64,000 bases of DNA, from NCBI GenBank assembly GCA_050273025.1, contig CP158635.1:26722001-26786000 (forward strand), written 5' to 3'. Position numbers and translations under genes: made by a program. Below, piece by piece: positions 24,405 to 36,639 of this stretch. The notes beneath the pieces were generated by a model that saw nothing but the letters and a program-made list of their open reading frames with translations, was not told the DNA's origin and did no database searches. The stretch's first letter is position 1; each line of letters opens with the position of its first letter. Origin of the DNA: Cenococcum geophilum. Taxonomy: Eukaryota.

Positions 24405-26405
24405 TGTGGCGGATGGTTGGGTTGGGTTGGGGTAAGGGGAAAGTGAGAGGTGGGAGGTGATGATGGTGATGATGGTTTGGGCTTAAGAGCTGCGGTTTTG
24501 AAGCTTTACTAGTGCTGAGACGTGCCCAGCGGCGTTGGGGAGAATTTGTGAGACCGGTGGCGTAAGCTCCAGGAGATGTAGACGCGGTTAGGGGTGCCCA
24601 GAGAGAGCTGAGCTCAGCATTGCCGAAGTGAATATGGATCGAGTCAGGACCTACTAGGCTTATCTAAATGGCAGCTCGGAATGTCAGAAACGATATGAAA
24701 GGATCGACGTAAAAGGAATGTAACGAACGAACATGCTCACTCGGTCAAGCTGGAAGGAGAGGCTCTTTTATGAGTAGGCAAGAGACAGGTACACGCAGAC
24801 AGCTACGCAATAACAAATATGATGCGTCGTTGGAACCCCTTCTGCTTTTTAACTCTCAGCCATACATGTTGGATCCGCCACCAGCTCTCCCGTCTTCCAC
24901 TGACCGCTTGACCCGCTCCCACAAATCACACATAGCTTTTCCCCTAAGTTTCTTGCCCTCGCGTCCTCCGTGATAACCGGACCGCCCATGCCACTCCACC
25001 TTACCGCGTCGTCGCTTCCGCCGTGGAACATCGCGTCCAAGGGGTCCCGACGCTGCGGAGATGACAGGGGCTGGGAAAGATACCGAGGCACGTCTTGGAA
25101 GCGACTTAGACCCCACGATAGACGTATTTGGTAGTATTTGGCGAAGCTTGCGGAATATGGTTATCAAGGCTTGCAGCGATGAATGGATATACTGTAAAGA
25201 ACGGCCCATTTTGCGTGCACGCTTTAGTGAGGCACAGGATGATTTGGCCTTCAGCTCACGGCCACGCAGGAATGCCGTATGGGCCTATTGCGCTTGATGC
25301 ATCCGGATCCTGCCCGCGTTGTGAACCAGATCTTGATAATGCGTTTGGGATGGCTGCTGGCAATTATTACGATACGTGCCACTGTTCCGCCATTTGGGCA
25401 CGATCTAAAAATGAGAATTGAGAAACTTGCCCTCTCAGATGAAGAGGAACTTGTAGGTTACATAATGCACAGGACTATCGGATCTCTAAATTAAACTATC
25501 TCGCACAGAGCGGGTCGGTAGTTGCACTATCCTGATATCTGTTTGGCAATCTGTTTGACGAGCTGCATGCAGCAAGTATTTCTCTTTTCTTTCTTCCATT
25601 CTTGCTACAAAAGTCCACGCATTCGAAAGTTTACCATGTCTTGAAGATGAACGGACGTCAAATGGCACTGTCCCCCGAACTCCTCATTTGCCTATTAAAG
25701 AAGGTGAGAAGTCTATTTATCCGGGTCATTAACTACAACTGGATTTCATCCGCACCTCTTCTCTTATTAGATGCGCTCTACAGCCTCAAAATCCTTGCGT
25801 CCATGCATTGAATTCAGCGGATTTTACAAGAGTCAGAACAAAACCGCTCCATTAGTTTCAGAGCCAAGGAAACCCTAGCCTTCCTCCTGTCCAAATTCAG
25901 CATCCGTTCGAGTGATCTCCATTGCTTCTCGCACATAAAGCCAAATTCTGCCACTGTGATTAGAGGGCACACGGGGGATGAAGTTATTCGAACCTAAGCT
26001 CCAAAGCCTAATTTCGGTCTAGTTGTATATCGAAATTCTTCTCTGCCTGAAACATCTTGCGAAGCTCGTATCTACTTAGCTGAATATCCTCAAGAAAATG
26101 CCACAATAAAGCCTTCCTTCCAGTATCAACGCGCCGTCTACCGAAAAATCTCGAGAGCACACATCCATCTATTGCGTCAACCTCTATAGCGAAAATCGAT
26201 GAAAGCACAAACGCCACCCTAGATATCACCGAAATGCCTAACCTTAACCCCAACACAGCCGTCTATCGGACCCAGACACCGATACTCCCATACCACCACC
26301 AATGCTAGAACGCTCACAATAGCAGCCGCAAAACATGCACAGAACGAAAAGAACGACGCACGACGCACGACACCTCAACCCCCACCCTCCCCTCCGCAGA
26401 ACCCC

Positions 26406-28023
26406 TCAAACCTCAAACTCGTCTAGCCAGTGCCGCACGACGACCTTCCCCTCATCAAAGCTCTTCTTGTTCATCCGCACAATCAGCGCCGCGTGGCTGT
26501 GGCGATCATGACGGATATAGACCGGATACTTTCGAAACCCGACCTGGTCCAGAGCCTGGATCATCGCAAACTGATGCGGCGTCAGCGCCAGCGTCGGGAA
26601 CTCGAGCTGCCGCTCCACCAGCCTCCGCTCGGGCCGCGCAGCAGCGGCAGCAGCAGCAGCGGCGTCCAGCGCGGCGGTTGGGTCCGCGGGCTCCGCAGAG
26701 TGCGAGGAGGTCGTGCGCGAGCGCGTGGGCGAGAGCGGCGGGCTGCGCGGGGCGGTGTCGGCGAGCTCTTCGCGCCCGGCGGGCAGGTACGCTTGGCGCT
26801 TGGTGCTGTTCAGGTTCTCGAACATGTCTTCGGCGGTGCGGCGCACGTCGTTGATCGTGAGCGGGATGCGGTAGACGCCGATGTCGATGCCTGCTTTGCC
26901 GAGCTCGTGCATGCGGATGCGTTGGCGGCTGAGGACGGATTGGACGCCCGAGTTGACGAGGAAGAGAACGGTGCCGATCGGCAAGAAGAAGAGGAGGAAG
27001 AATAGGGTGGGGAGTTTGTTGGCCATTGTGCGCGTGTCGACTGTTAGGCGTTGGGTGAATGATGGGAGCACTTCTTCGTCTTTGGGAGATACGGGGTTGT
27101 CGGGATCAAGCAGCACGCGGTCGTATCCGGGTAGGTAATTGAGCTTCACTTTGTTTAGATTGGCGTAAGGGTCGATGCGTGAGATGCTAGTCGTGTAATA
27201 GACGGCCGAGCGATCGTTAGTGATGTTGGTGTATAGGCTTCTATGCTTGAATTTTGCCAGTGCCTGTATGAATATACTGTTTGGATCGGCGAGGATTGAG
27301 AGAAGGGGTCGACCCGTTTCGCGGAAAGAATCAATCGTGAACAGTTGGCTGCCAGACACCGACAGAGTCCTTGCACCCAACACGTTCCATATGCGGTTGT
27401 AGAATCTTAGGAGTGGTGATCGAATGCCTAGATGAGGTGTTGCGAAAGTGGTGAAGTTCTGGAATTCGTGAGCTTAGATTCCCAACAGGTCTCCAATGTT
27501 CCTCATAGCACATACGACAGGTTCCAGTTTCTCAAACCAGCCATTATGATATAGCAGTCCAATGGCATATCTCGCGACCAGCCCTCCTAAGGAATATCCG
27601 ATAACACTCAACTTCGTGATCTTTTGCCCGCTCGTTGCCAGCTCTTCAAGTGTCTCCTCGATCTCTCTCGTGACTCGTTCCCCTCCCAACTCGATGCCAT
27701 CGTAGGTAAAGTATCCGGAATTGCGCTTTGCGACGAGTATATGTAGCCTATCTCCCAAGTACTTTTCGCGAAGGGCAGTGGCGAGGTAATCTAGGTGCTG
27801 AGGGTTTCCCCAAAGCCTGCATTTAATCTGTCAGCACCGGTCCTCCAGGGTTGAGTAGCCAAAGTACAGTATTTGGATTGGGAGGCATTCGATTGTCCAC
27901 CTGGTCCCTTATCGCAATGCCCGCCGCCGCAGCTTTTTCAAGCTCTCCGAGTTGTTGAGCTTACCCGTGTACCAGAACGCATAAGTGATTCGCAGAAGCC
28001 GAAGGCAGGCTCGCTGTTTCCAT
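26406..28023 (-). CDS. DUF676 putative serine esterase/lipase (alpha/beta hydrolase), multi-exon
   Basis: HLCVLVHG|LWGNP, TYDGIELGGERV, GYSLGG (GxSxG), NFTTFATPHLG, NDRSAVYYT; one hydrophobic segment. Confidence 0.88.
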
Positions 28024-28915
28024 TGTTTTAGAGGAAGTGATGACGTGTCTGCAATCTAGAGAGGAGGGAAGCACAGCAGCAATATGTGAGTCCGCCTTAG
28101 TTGGGGCTCTTCAGCTGAGGCTAAGCCGGACGAAAAAGTGTAGGCGTTATCGGCGGTAACAATAGTTGGTGTGACGCAAGGTTGGCAGCGGTCCAGCCAC
28201 TGCAAGGTCAAGGGGCGATCGGTGAAAGCGTGCAGAATGCAGATTTGGGCCGGTGTAGAGTAAGCCTGCGCCACACCAGGGGACAACAAACCTTTAGCGG
28301 ACCTGGCTCGGGAAGCTTTGTCTTGACGGCACAAGGCACCCAAAGTCAACCACGCAAAACTGATATTGCCAACAAGCAAAGACGATGATGGGAAGGATAG
28401 GGCGGGAAGCGTAGTTCTTATATCTACTTGCAGTTCTACTGCTCGTGATCCACTACGCCGCTTGTCTCAGCTTCGACGTCACGGCTTCAACAGCTGATTG
28501 TTCCTCGTGCCTCATTGGGAATCTCTCATAAGCTGTGAACTACACGCTGTTACCCGGAAGACAACCTGATCCTATGGAATCCGCCGTGTGCAGCTTCACG
28601 CATGTCACTCGTTACGGCCTGCGAAATACATAGCATTCGCCCATCCAGTAGGTTGTTCAGAGATTGTTCGGGCTCACTTATGGGGTAAAGGGTTCATGCT
28701 AGTCTTCGCTGCATCATTGGACTCTTCGAACTCACACCAAATCTAAAGCCTTTGCGTGGAAGTTGTAGTATCTGACAGAGCCGCCTTTGTCTCTGCACCT
28801 CGGCTTTCTCCGGACATCAACTCACCACAGCCAACCACATACTGCCAGAACTCTACGAGATCTACCTTTAAGCTTATAAAAAGCGGCTATTAGACTATTC
28901 CGTCTAACTAAAAAA

Positions 28916-30910
28916 ATGTGGTCCACTAAGAGCGGATTTGGGAAGTTTCCCTGTCCCGAAGAAGCGAGATGTCGAGTGCCAGCTTGCATCTTTTCCCACG
29001 AGCTTATCCCCACCCCTCCGAAGGCTATCACCCCAACCAAGCTCCAACAAACGGGCGATACGTCTGTTGTTGAGCAAGGAGATTTCAAAAGACGAAAGTT
29101 AGCGAACAGCGGGAAGGAAGCCTCTCTTGAAGGATATGTAAACTCTGAAAAACCAGGACAAACGGCCTTTGTCGGTGTATTGGCTCCAAAGCCACACACG
29201 GCATCACCGAACAGTGACAGAAAGAATGATGGAAAGATCCAGACCAAAGTGTCGGCCAAAACCCCGCAGGCCATCCAGTCCGCTAAGAGACCCATATCGC
29301 CACCTCCATTAAGCTCCGCTGTCAAGAAAACTAGCGCTCAAGCACCCAAAAAGGAAATCAAAGAGAGCCTAAATCCTAGAATGGTACCGAAAGACCCTGC
29401 AGGCTATGTAACTCGACGCATGCTGCTCGTCAAAATGCACGAGGAAATGGTAAAGCTCAATGACCAAGTATCGAAGAGTTCGGATACGGAAACCAAGTCG
29501 TTACATTTGGCTGAAAATGACCTGATTAAACTCGCCCTCACTGAAGAAGAGAAGATAGCTTTGGACCAACCCTCCGTCTATGCAAACATTGTCAAGATGC
29601 GCATCATGGCATACAGGAAGATGAAAGTCGACGACTGGATAAAGGAGCGCAAAGAAGCTCTAGAAGCTAAGAAAGGAGACGCCCCAGCCGCGCCCGAGGC
29701 GCCAGAGCCAATAGATACCGGCCTCACTCCCAAACAAGAAGTCATGATGCTCTCCCGTCTCATCGCGACGCAAACGGGGCTAGACGCACATGGATATGTC
29801 ACGAAGCCGCCCACCGAAGACGAAATCGAAACTGCCCGAAAAGGAGTCGAAGCCGCAGCCAACTGGGAAGTCTGCGACCGGTGCGCAACGCGTTTCCAAG
29901 TCTTCCCCGACCGCCGCGAAGACGGCGCCCTCACCACAGGCGGCAAATGCACCCACCACTGGGGCCGGCGCGTATTCCCGAAACGCGAAAAAACTGACGC
30001 CATCACCGGGCCCAAGCAGACGCGTTACTCATGCTGCAACGAAGTGATCGGCTCGCCCGGCTGCACCGTCAGTGAGACGCACGTATTCAAGATCTCTGAA
30101 GCCAAGCGGCTCGCCGCCGTGCTGCCCTTCATCGAGACGCCGGCTAACCCCACAGCGCCAGCCAACACGGCCGTCTGCTTCGACTGCGAGATGGGCTACA
30201 CGTGCCACGGCCTGGAGCTGATCCGGCTCACGGCCACAGCCTGGCCCTCCGGCGCCGCCCTGATCGACGTCCTCGTCCGCCCCCTCGGCGCCATCCTCGA
30301 CTTGAACTCGCGCTTCTCCGGCGTCTTTCCGGAGCAGTTCTTCAGCGCCCCGGAATACAACGCCAGCCGCGAGAACCCTTCCGCCTCCCCCAACCCCAGC
30401 TCCAAGACCCCCGCCCCTACTCCCCAGCACGACCCCCCCAGTCTCCCCATCCTCCCCTCCCCCGCCTCCGCCCGCGCCCTCCTCCTCACCCACCTCACCA
30501 CAACAACCCCCCTCCTCGGCCACGCCCTCGAAAATGACCTCAACGCCGTCCGCCTAGTGCACCCGAGCATCGTCGACACGGCGCTCCTGTTCCCGCATCC
30601 GCGCGGCCTGCCACTGCGCCTCGGGCTGCGCAATCTCGCGCGCCTGCATCTGGGGCGCGAGATCCAGACGGGCGGTGCGGCCGGGCATGATAGTCTTGAG
30701 GATGCGCGCGCGACGGGGGAGCTGGTGCGGTGGAAGGTTAAGGCGGAGTGGAGGCGGTTGAAGGGGGAGGGGTGGGAGGTTGGGGTTGGGGAGTTTGTGC
30801 CGCCGATGGGGGTCGAGGGGGAGAAGGTGGGAGAAGTAGAAGTCGAAATCGGCTTCACCCCCGGAGCTGGAGAAAAAAGAAAGCGACCCGCTTTTCTACT
30901 AGGGTCTTGA
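28916..30910 (+). CDS. REX3: RNA exonuclease 3 (DEDDh family); last ~18 codons derive from an inserted inverted repeat
   Basis: 664-aa ORF with FDCEM, GHALENDL, DTALLF and HDSLEDARA motifs and a Cys/His-rich region typical of Rex3/REXO1. Confidence 0.9.
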   Translation: MWSTKSGFGKFPCPEEARCRVPACIFSHELIPTPPKAITPTKLQQTGDTSVVEQGDFKRRKLANSGKEASLEGYVNSEKPGQTAFVGVLAPKPHTASPNSDRKNDGKIQTKVSAKTPQAIQSAKRPISPPPLSSAVKKTSAQAPKKEIKESLNPRMVPKDPAGYVTRRMLLVKMHEEMVKLNDQVSKSSDTETKSLHLAENDLIKLALTEEEKIALDQPSVYANIVKMRIMAYRKMKVDDWIKERKEALEAKKGDAPAAPEAPEPIDTGLTPKQEVMMLSRLIATQTGLDAHGYVTKPPTEDEIETARKGVEAAANWEVCDRCATRFQVFPDRREDGALTTGGKCTHHWGRRVFPKREKTDAITGPKQTRYSCCNEVIGSPGCTVSETHVFKISEAKRLAAVLPFIETPANPTAPANTAVCFDCEMGYTCHGLELIRLTATAWPSGAALIDVLVRPLGAILDLNSRFSGVFPEQFFSAPEYNASRENPSASPNPSSKTPAPTPQHDPPSLPILPSPASARALLLTHLTTTTPLLGHALENDLNAVRLVHPSIVDTALLFPHPRGLPLRLGLRNLARLHLGREIQTGGAAGHDSLEDARATGELVRWKVKAEWRRLKGEGWEVGVGEFVPPMGVEGEKVGEVEVEIGFTPGAGEKRKRPAFLLGS

Positions 30911-31469
30911 TAGTCTAAACTCTATCCAGATAGCCTCCCACCAAGCCTTAGAATAAACTTTGGAAGCATAGGCTGCAAACTCTAATTACGTTATCCACAA
31001 TACTACAAACATGTTGAATACGGGAATTCTACACGTTATAGAAAATTACTATAGGATATAGACTACAGTCGCCTGCAAAATCGGCTTCCGCCCTATGCAC
31101 TACCAAGCTATAGGGTCATGTGCCGCCGTTTTGTTTTAGTATTCTGGAGATTGCGAGGGCAGTTTTTTATAGTAGTCATTATTCGGCAGTGGAGATCACA
31201 CGGTGGAACCCGATAGGCTACTTAAATTCAGACGCGTATTTACCACCGCACATTTATTACCAGTTATATTACAGTCACAGCAATCGACGGGTAAAGCTAA
31301 TAGTTATAAGATTTACTAGACCCTTAAAAGCACAATAAGTATCTTAGTCGAGTTGATTTCTCAGCAGAGTTAATTTCAAAGCTAGGGAGAGGTTTAAAAG
31401 CAAACGGTTTATAAGCGAAGTTTTATTCGAGTAGATTCTATTACCAAGCTATATAAGAAAGTCGGGCAG

Positions 31470-34400
31470 TTAAGTGGTGGGTGGGGAGGAGGTATAGGAA
31501 AATGGCCTGTCTAATTCCAGCAGCTTCACGACCGCCTCGTGCCCCCTCCATGCCGCCCACGACAGCGCCGTCCGACCGTCGTTATCCTTTGACTCAACGT
31601 CGACCTTGCCCGTCTCGACCAGCAGCTTGACGACCGCCTCGTGCCCCCTCCATGCCGCCCGCGACAGCGCCGTCCAGCCGTCGTTATCCTTCGACTCGAC
31701 GTCGACCTTGCCCGTCTCGACCAGCAGCTTGACGACCGCCTCGTGCCCGTTCCGTGCCGCCCACGACAGCGCCGTCCAGCCGTCGTTACCCTTCGACTCG
31801 ACGTCGACTTTGCCCGTCTCGAGCAGCAGCTTGACGACCGCCTCGTGCCCGTTACGTGCCGCCCACCACAGCGCCGTCCGACCGTCGTTATCCTTCGACT
31901 CGACGTCGACCTTGCCCGTCTCGAGCAGCAGCTTGACGACCGCCTCGTGCCCGTTCTCTGCCGCCCACGACAGCGCCGTCCAACCGTCGTTATCCTTCGA
32001 CTCGACGTCGACCTTGCCTATCTCGACCAGCAGCTTGACGACCGCCTCGTGTCCGTTCTTTGCCGCCCACGACAGCGCCGTACGACCGTCGTTATCCTTC
32101 GACTCGACGTCGACTTTGCCCGTCTCGAGCAGCAGCTTGACGACCGCCTCGTGCCCGTTCCCTGCCGCCCACCACAGCGCCGTCCGACCGTCGTTATCCT
32201 TCGACTCGACGTCGACTTTGCCCGTCTCGAGCAGCAGCTTGACGATTACCTCGTACCCGTTATGTGCCGCCCACCACAGCGCCGTCCGACCGTCGTTATC
32301 CTTCGACTCGACGTCGACTTTGCCCGTCTCGAGCAGCAGCTTGACGATTGCCTCGTGCCCGTTATGTGCCGCCCACCACAGCGCCGTCCGACCGTCGTTA
32401 TCCTTTGACTCGACGTCGACCTTGCCCGTCTCGAGCAGCAGCTTGACGACCGCCTCGTGCCCGTTCCGTGCCGCCCACCACAGCGCCGTCTGACCGTCGT
32501 TATCCTTCGACTCGACGTCGACCTTGCCTGTCTCGAGCAGCAGCTTGACGATTGCCTCGTGCCCGTTATGTGCCGCCCACCACAGCGGCGTTCGACCGTA
32601 GCTGTCCTTAGGGTCGGCACAGATCAAAGGCTCTTTACAATTGACCGTTAAAAGCATTCTTGATAAGGAAACCAGTCCAAATCTTGCTAAAAGATGAAGC
32701 CCAGTAGTAGCTTCCGGGAAGCTTTGGCTATATCCGCTGTATTTATAATTTCTCACTGATATAACCTGGGTATTACACGACACCAAGTCACCATCTCGAA
32801 GAAATGCGAGCGCTAACTCAGATACCGTCTCTTCTATTGGACGTACATGTTCTGCCCAATGCCGCGCCGCGTAATCCAGGAAGATATTCTTCCTCGCCCT
32901 CTCCTCAAATTCCTTATCGCTATTACAGCTACCGCATCGAAACGAGTCCAACGAGAGGTAGATTAGACAGGCCGATGCTATCTCTTGCGGGGCGTTAGGA
33001 CTCCACTCTAAGCGGACTCGCTCAAAGAACTCCTGCGTTGTGTAGTGCACAAGACGGATAATCTTGCTCTCCTCGTCTACAGCAACGAGCCCGGCGCATA
33101 CTGAGACTACGTCTTCGACATCTGGCATATTATCCTCATCTAGCTCTATATCACCGGGCTCTACTGCTAAAGCATGACATAACTCTTGAGTAGTAAGTAG
33201 TCTCTGCGCATACGTCATCCAGGACAGTACATGCCGTGCAAGTTTACGGTCCTCAGGCAGTTGCCCGTCTATCCGTTTGATTGCTTCGCTATATGCCTCG
33301 TCAAGTGCTGAGGAGCCCTTTGCTAAATTGTCTAGAGTCGACATCGCCTTCTTCTTCGTCTTCTTATCGAGCAGTGAGTCAATGTGGAGACGTGCAAGTA
33401 GGAACCTGACTACTCTGTTAGCTCGATTTCTTCTATCAAAGGTAAGAGAGCATATACATCCCGTCCACAGCCTTAACGATCTTCCCCTGTACTAGACTCT
33501 TCATCTCATCGTCGCGTTGGATGCATTTCGGCAGGCGTGGTATCTGACCCGCCACATATCGCCATACGTCCTCGTCGCTGGCCCGCACTTCAAGCTTTAG
33601 CGCTGATCGGAATTCCTGCTCTATATCCGGTATGAAGCGTGAAGTGACCATTAGGCGTATATTTGACCCATGCTGCAGCTCACGAAGCTTAGCAAGCAGT
33701 CGGCTGCGTGCGCCCTCTTGGTCTGTGCACTCGTCTAGTGCATCTACCACAATGCGCACCCGTGAGTACTTAGTGCAAGCAGATTGGAGTGCGGTGAAGA
33801 TCTCATCGAGCGATGGCCGCGTCCTCTTGATAGAGTGGCTCTTGTATAGTCGAATAACTTGTTCTACCATAACCGGCTGAGTCTGCACCAGCTGTTTCAA
33901 GATAGCAGCCAGTAGAGTATTTACGCTCTGGTCCGCTTGCGACTTGTAATTACAGAAGATGTAGGCGACTCCAATATTCTCGCTTCGTGCTACATTACTG
34001 AGGTGATCGATAGCGATGGCTGCTATCATCGTTTTGCCAGCTCCAGGGATGCCAGGACAGAACAGTGTCTTGCCGGATCCCTGTAGCCAATCTGTAAACT
34101 CTGGAGAGTTTAGAAACCATTGCCCCGTACCTTCTTGTCGCCTTGTAATAACATCGTGCTGCTGGGCCGGGAAGTCTGTCGGCGAGAGCCAGTCCATGAC
34201 TGTGTGGTACTTCTGGAGCTTCTGAGCGTCCCATTGCAGGCTCTGAACGTCTCGGACGGCAACGAGGTCTTCTTGTAGGGTAGGTATGGTGTCGCGCATA
34301 AACGTACTGTCATCCTTAATCGCTTGGTTGCTGATGTGGAGGGTGTCCACACTAGCCTGAATTGCTTGAGAGAGTTTACTGGAAGACATCAGTATGCGGG

Positions 34401-34841
34401 TTACAATCTTCGTTGCCAAAGCACCTACAAGTGGTCCATCTCCAGCGCGATGCTCACAAGACTCTTCAAATGCTCCATTCTTGCCAGGATGCTTGCGACT
34501 TCTGCCTTGCTAAATTTCCACAGCAGCATCGTCCTAAGTTTATGCGCGCGGTTTTCAATCATTACTTTGGACCGCAATTGCTCTAACACTTGCTTGCACT
34601 GGTCGATAGGTCCGTCTGGGACGGCAAGGCTGCGAACGACTCTATACCAAGGCTCGTTGGATCGTCCATCCTGAAGGTGATCGTCCAGTCTGTAGAAGAG
34701 GGTGAGGAGGCTGGCCGCCTCCTTTCTGCATTGCCTACATTCTTCAGGCGCGTCCTTTACATCGTTAAGGCATTTGATCACTTCGCCTGTGAGCTGAAGG
34801 ATCGCAATGACGCTGGCGGTGATGCTGAGTGGGTCTGCCAT
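31470..34841 (-). CDS. Fungal NLR-like STAND protein: HeLo-like/SesA-type N-terminal domain, NACHT, ankyrin repeats
   Basis: Exons 34841-34429, 34378-33458 and 33405-31470 with GT..AG introns in frame; MADPLSITASVIAILQL N-terminus, Walker A GIPGAGKT, Walker B IVVDALDEC, 11 ankyrin repeats. Confidence 0.92.
31518..32616 (-). repeat. Eleven highly conserved 102-bp ankyrin-coding tandem repeats
   Basis: 34-aa unit ESKDNDGxTALxxAAxxGHEAVVKLLLETGKVDV repeated with near-identical DNA. Confidence 0.97.
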
Positions 34842-35177
34842 AGCATCGTCCGATTGATGATTAAGGAGGACCGCACATCCGACCCTTGAGCAAAGTGCAT
34901 TATCCTGTAGTCTCTTGGATCATCATTGCAGCCTGCTGCTAGATTGTGTGGTTGCTGTATGCACTACGCGCTTTTGACTACGGACATTCTGCACGGTATT
35001 GACACGTGACTAGCTTCTCAACCAACAAGGAAGGGCCAAGGGTAATCTTTCAGTCAAGCATATCAACAGTTCGTTAGAACCATCTTCCCAGACAGGTCGT
35101 CAAAATGCCACTTGAAATCGGGCTATCACATGACGTAGCTAGGCATGAGGCGCCGAACGTTAGAGCTGGCCATTTTA

Positions 35178-35660
35178 CAGTACGCACCACTGTCGACTTT
35201 ACTGTAACGCCCCGAGTACCCAAACCATGGCTCCGAACCTTGCGGTCTCCCAACATGCGATAATACATCATATGACACTTTCTCAACCGCTCTCTGCTAC
35301 TCAAATAGCTGAAGTGGCTAGCTGCAGCAAGCAGTCTATCAAAGCAATCCGCTCGAACCTACGGTGCTTTGGCACTACCAAAGCCCACTCCAACGACGTC
35401 GGAGCATCGCGCCTCCAATGCTGGAAGCCTTGAAACAATATCTTCTGGAAAAGCCGGGACTATATCTGGATGAGATGGCGATCTTCCTATGGGATGATTT
35501 CGAAGCTGTTGTTACGACGTCTAGTATACGCGGGGCTTTGGCATCAATTGGTTAGTCAACGAAAGTAGCTCGCAACATAGCAAAGAACGTAATGCTGACC
35601 TGCGGAATTTCTATCTCTATAACCTGACAGCTTTTCGCTCCTACCAACTCATGCCCCACG
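35178..35660 (+). mobile_element. IS630/Tc1-like transposase relic (5' part, frameshifted)
   Basis: TA|CAGTACG start; MAPNLAVSQH...QIAEVASCS.. then, after a frameshift, RRRSIAPPMLEALKQYLLEKPGLYLDEMAIFLWDDF...ALASIG*. Confidence 0.75.
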
Positions 35661-35871
35661 TCGTGTCATCGACCAGTTCACGTGATTCGTACAACTTTTC
35701 GTAGCTTGTACAAGCAAAAGCAAATCTAGACTCGGGCCTCTGGTTCTGCTACAGTGCGCCTACAAAGCCCATTCTAAGACTTGGCGAGAGGCTATCCTAA
35801 CAAAAGTTAGTGCATTTTCAACCCTAGTAGAAAAGCGGGTCGCTTTCTTTCCTCTCTGGTTTCAGGGTGAT

Positions 35872-36003
35872 GAGAAGCTGTCGAGGGGGAAGAGGAAGCG
35901 GAGAAGTGCGCAGCTGGATGGGGCGGATGAGGAGGATGGGAAGGGGGGTGCGGAGAGGAGTAGGAGTGGGAATGGGGACGATTCGGTGTTTTTGGACTAT
36001 TGA
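35872..36003 (+). pseudogene. Probable displaced original C-terminal coding tail of REX3
   Basis: Directly outside the right inverted repeat; open frame EKLSRGKRKRRSAQLDGADEEDGKGGAERSRSGNGDDSVFLDY* with the same G-rich composition as the REX3 3' end; no start codon of its own. Confidence 0.6.
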
Positions 36004-36639
36004 TGAGCCTTGAGCATGGTTGGTACCTTATCGCAGATAAATATATGGGGATTGGTCATGCGGGGATGGTCATGAGCGTCCTGGGTGCGGAATGCGTGTG
36101 GTTTGGGGAGAGGTGAGCTGTGGAGGTGGCTCGGTGTTGGAGAGATCGAAGACACGTGTTGGTCATGTTTTTGTCTCTGCATATCTTCCTTATTTTTGAA
36201 GTTAAGGCGGGGGGCCTTGATATAGCACTACCGGAATATTAATAACGATGTGGGATGGCTCATGTCCATACGGGAAAGTATATCATCATGTTGAATGTCT
36301 GCTCAAGCTGATGACAGAGGACACAACACCCGAGAATTCGAACAGAAGAACAGCATCACTGTACTGCGCTGCCATTATAACTACAGGAGCACTCAATGCT
36401 CAAGCCAGCACCCTGTGCAGTGCTTCTACAAAGACGATGCGCCGATCTAATGCGGCCGTCATTCCTCCATCATTCCTCCATCTCATGAGACCGATGAAAC
36501 TTTTCCGATCCTATCATACATCTAGTAATTCCTCCAGAGGAAAAGACCCCCGTTCGAGCCTCTCAGCCAAAGGAAATCCTCGATCAAGATCCTCTACAAA
36601 AGGAAATGAGGAGATGAGGAGATGAGGAGATGAAAAGAT

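Larger units (their letters stand above)
30855..35870. mobile_element. ~5-kb segment bounded by ~110-bp terminal inverted repeats, carrying an NLR gene
   Basis: Perfect 30-bp inverted match between 30876-30905 and 35821-35850; further inverted similarity 30929-30962 vs 35763-35796 and outward to TCACCC/GGGTGA. No TSD or cognate transposase identified. Confidence 0.75.

Noticed and set aside
24770..26256. Several short ORFs between the 4CL-like and DUF676 genes
   Set aside because: No recognisable motifs or consistent splice structure; treated as intergenic.
31101..31453. Direct repeat TACCAAGCTATA at 31101 and 31442 as a TSD of a small insertion
   Set aside because: No TIR, LTR ends or poly(A) were found between the copies, so an element could not be supported.
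31606..32620. Long repetitive ORFs on the + strand and in alternative frames; CRISPR-like periodicity
   Set aside because: These are shadows of the GC-rich ankyrin repeats. Units are contiguous 102-bp coding repeats with no unique spacers, in a eukaryote.
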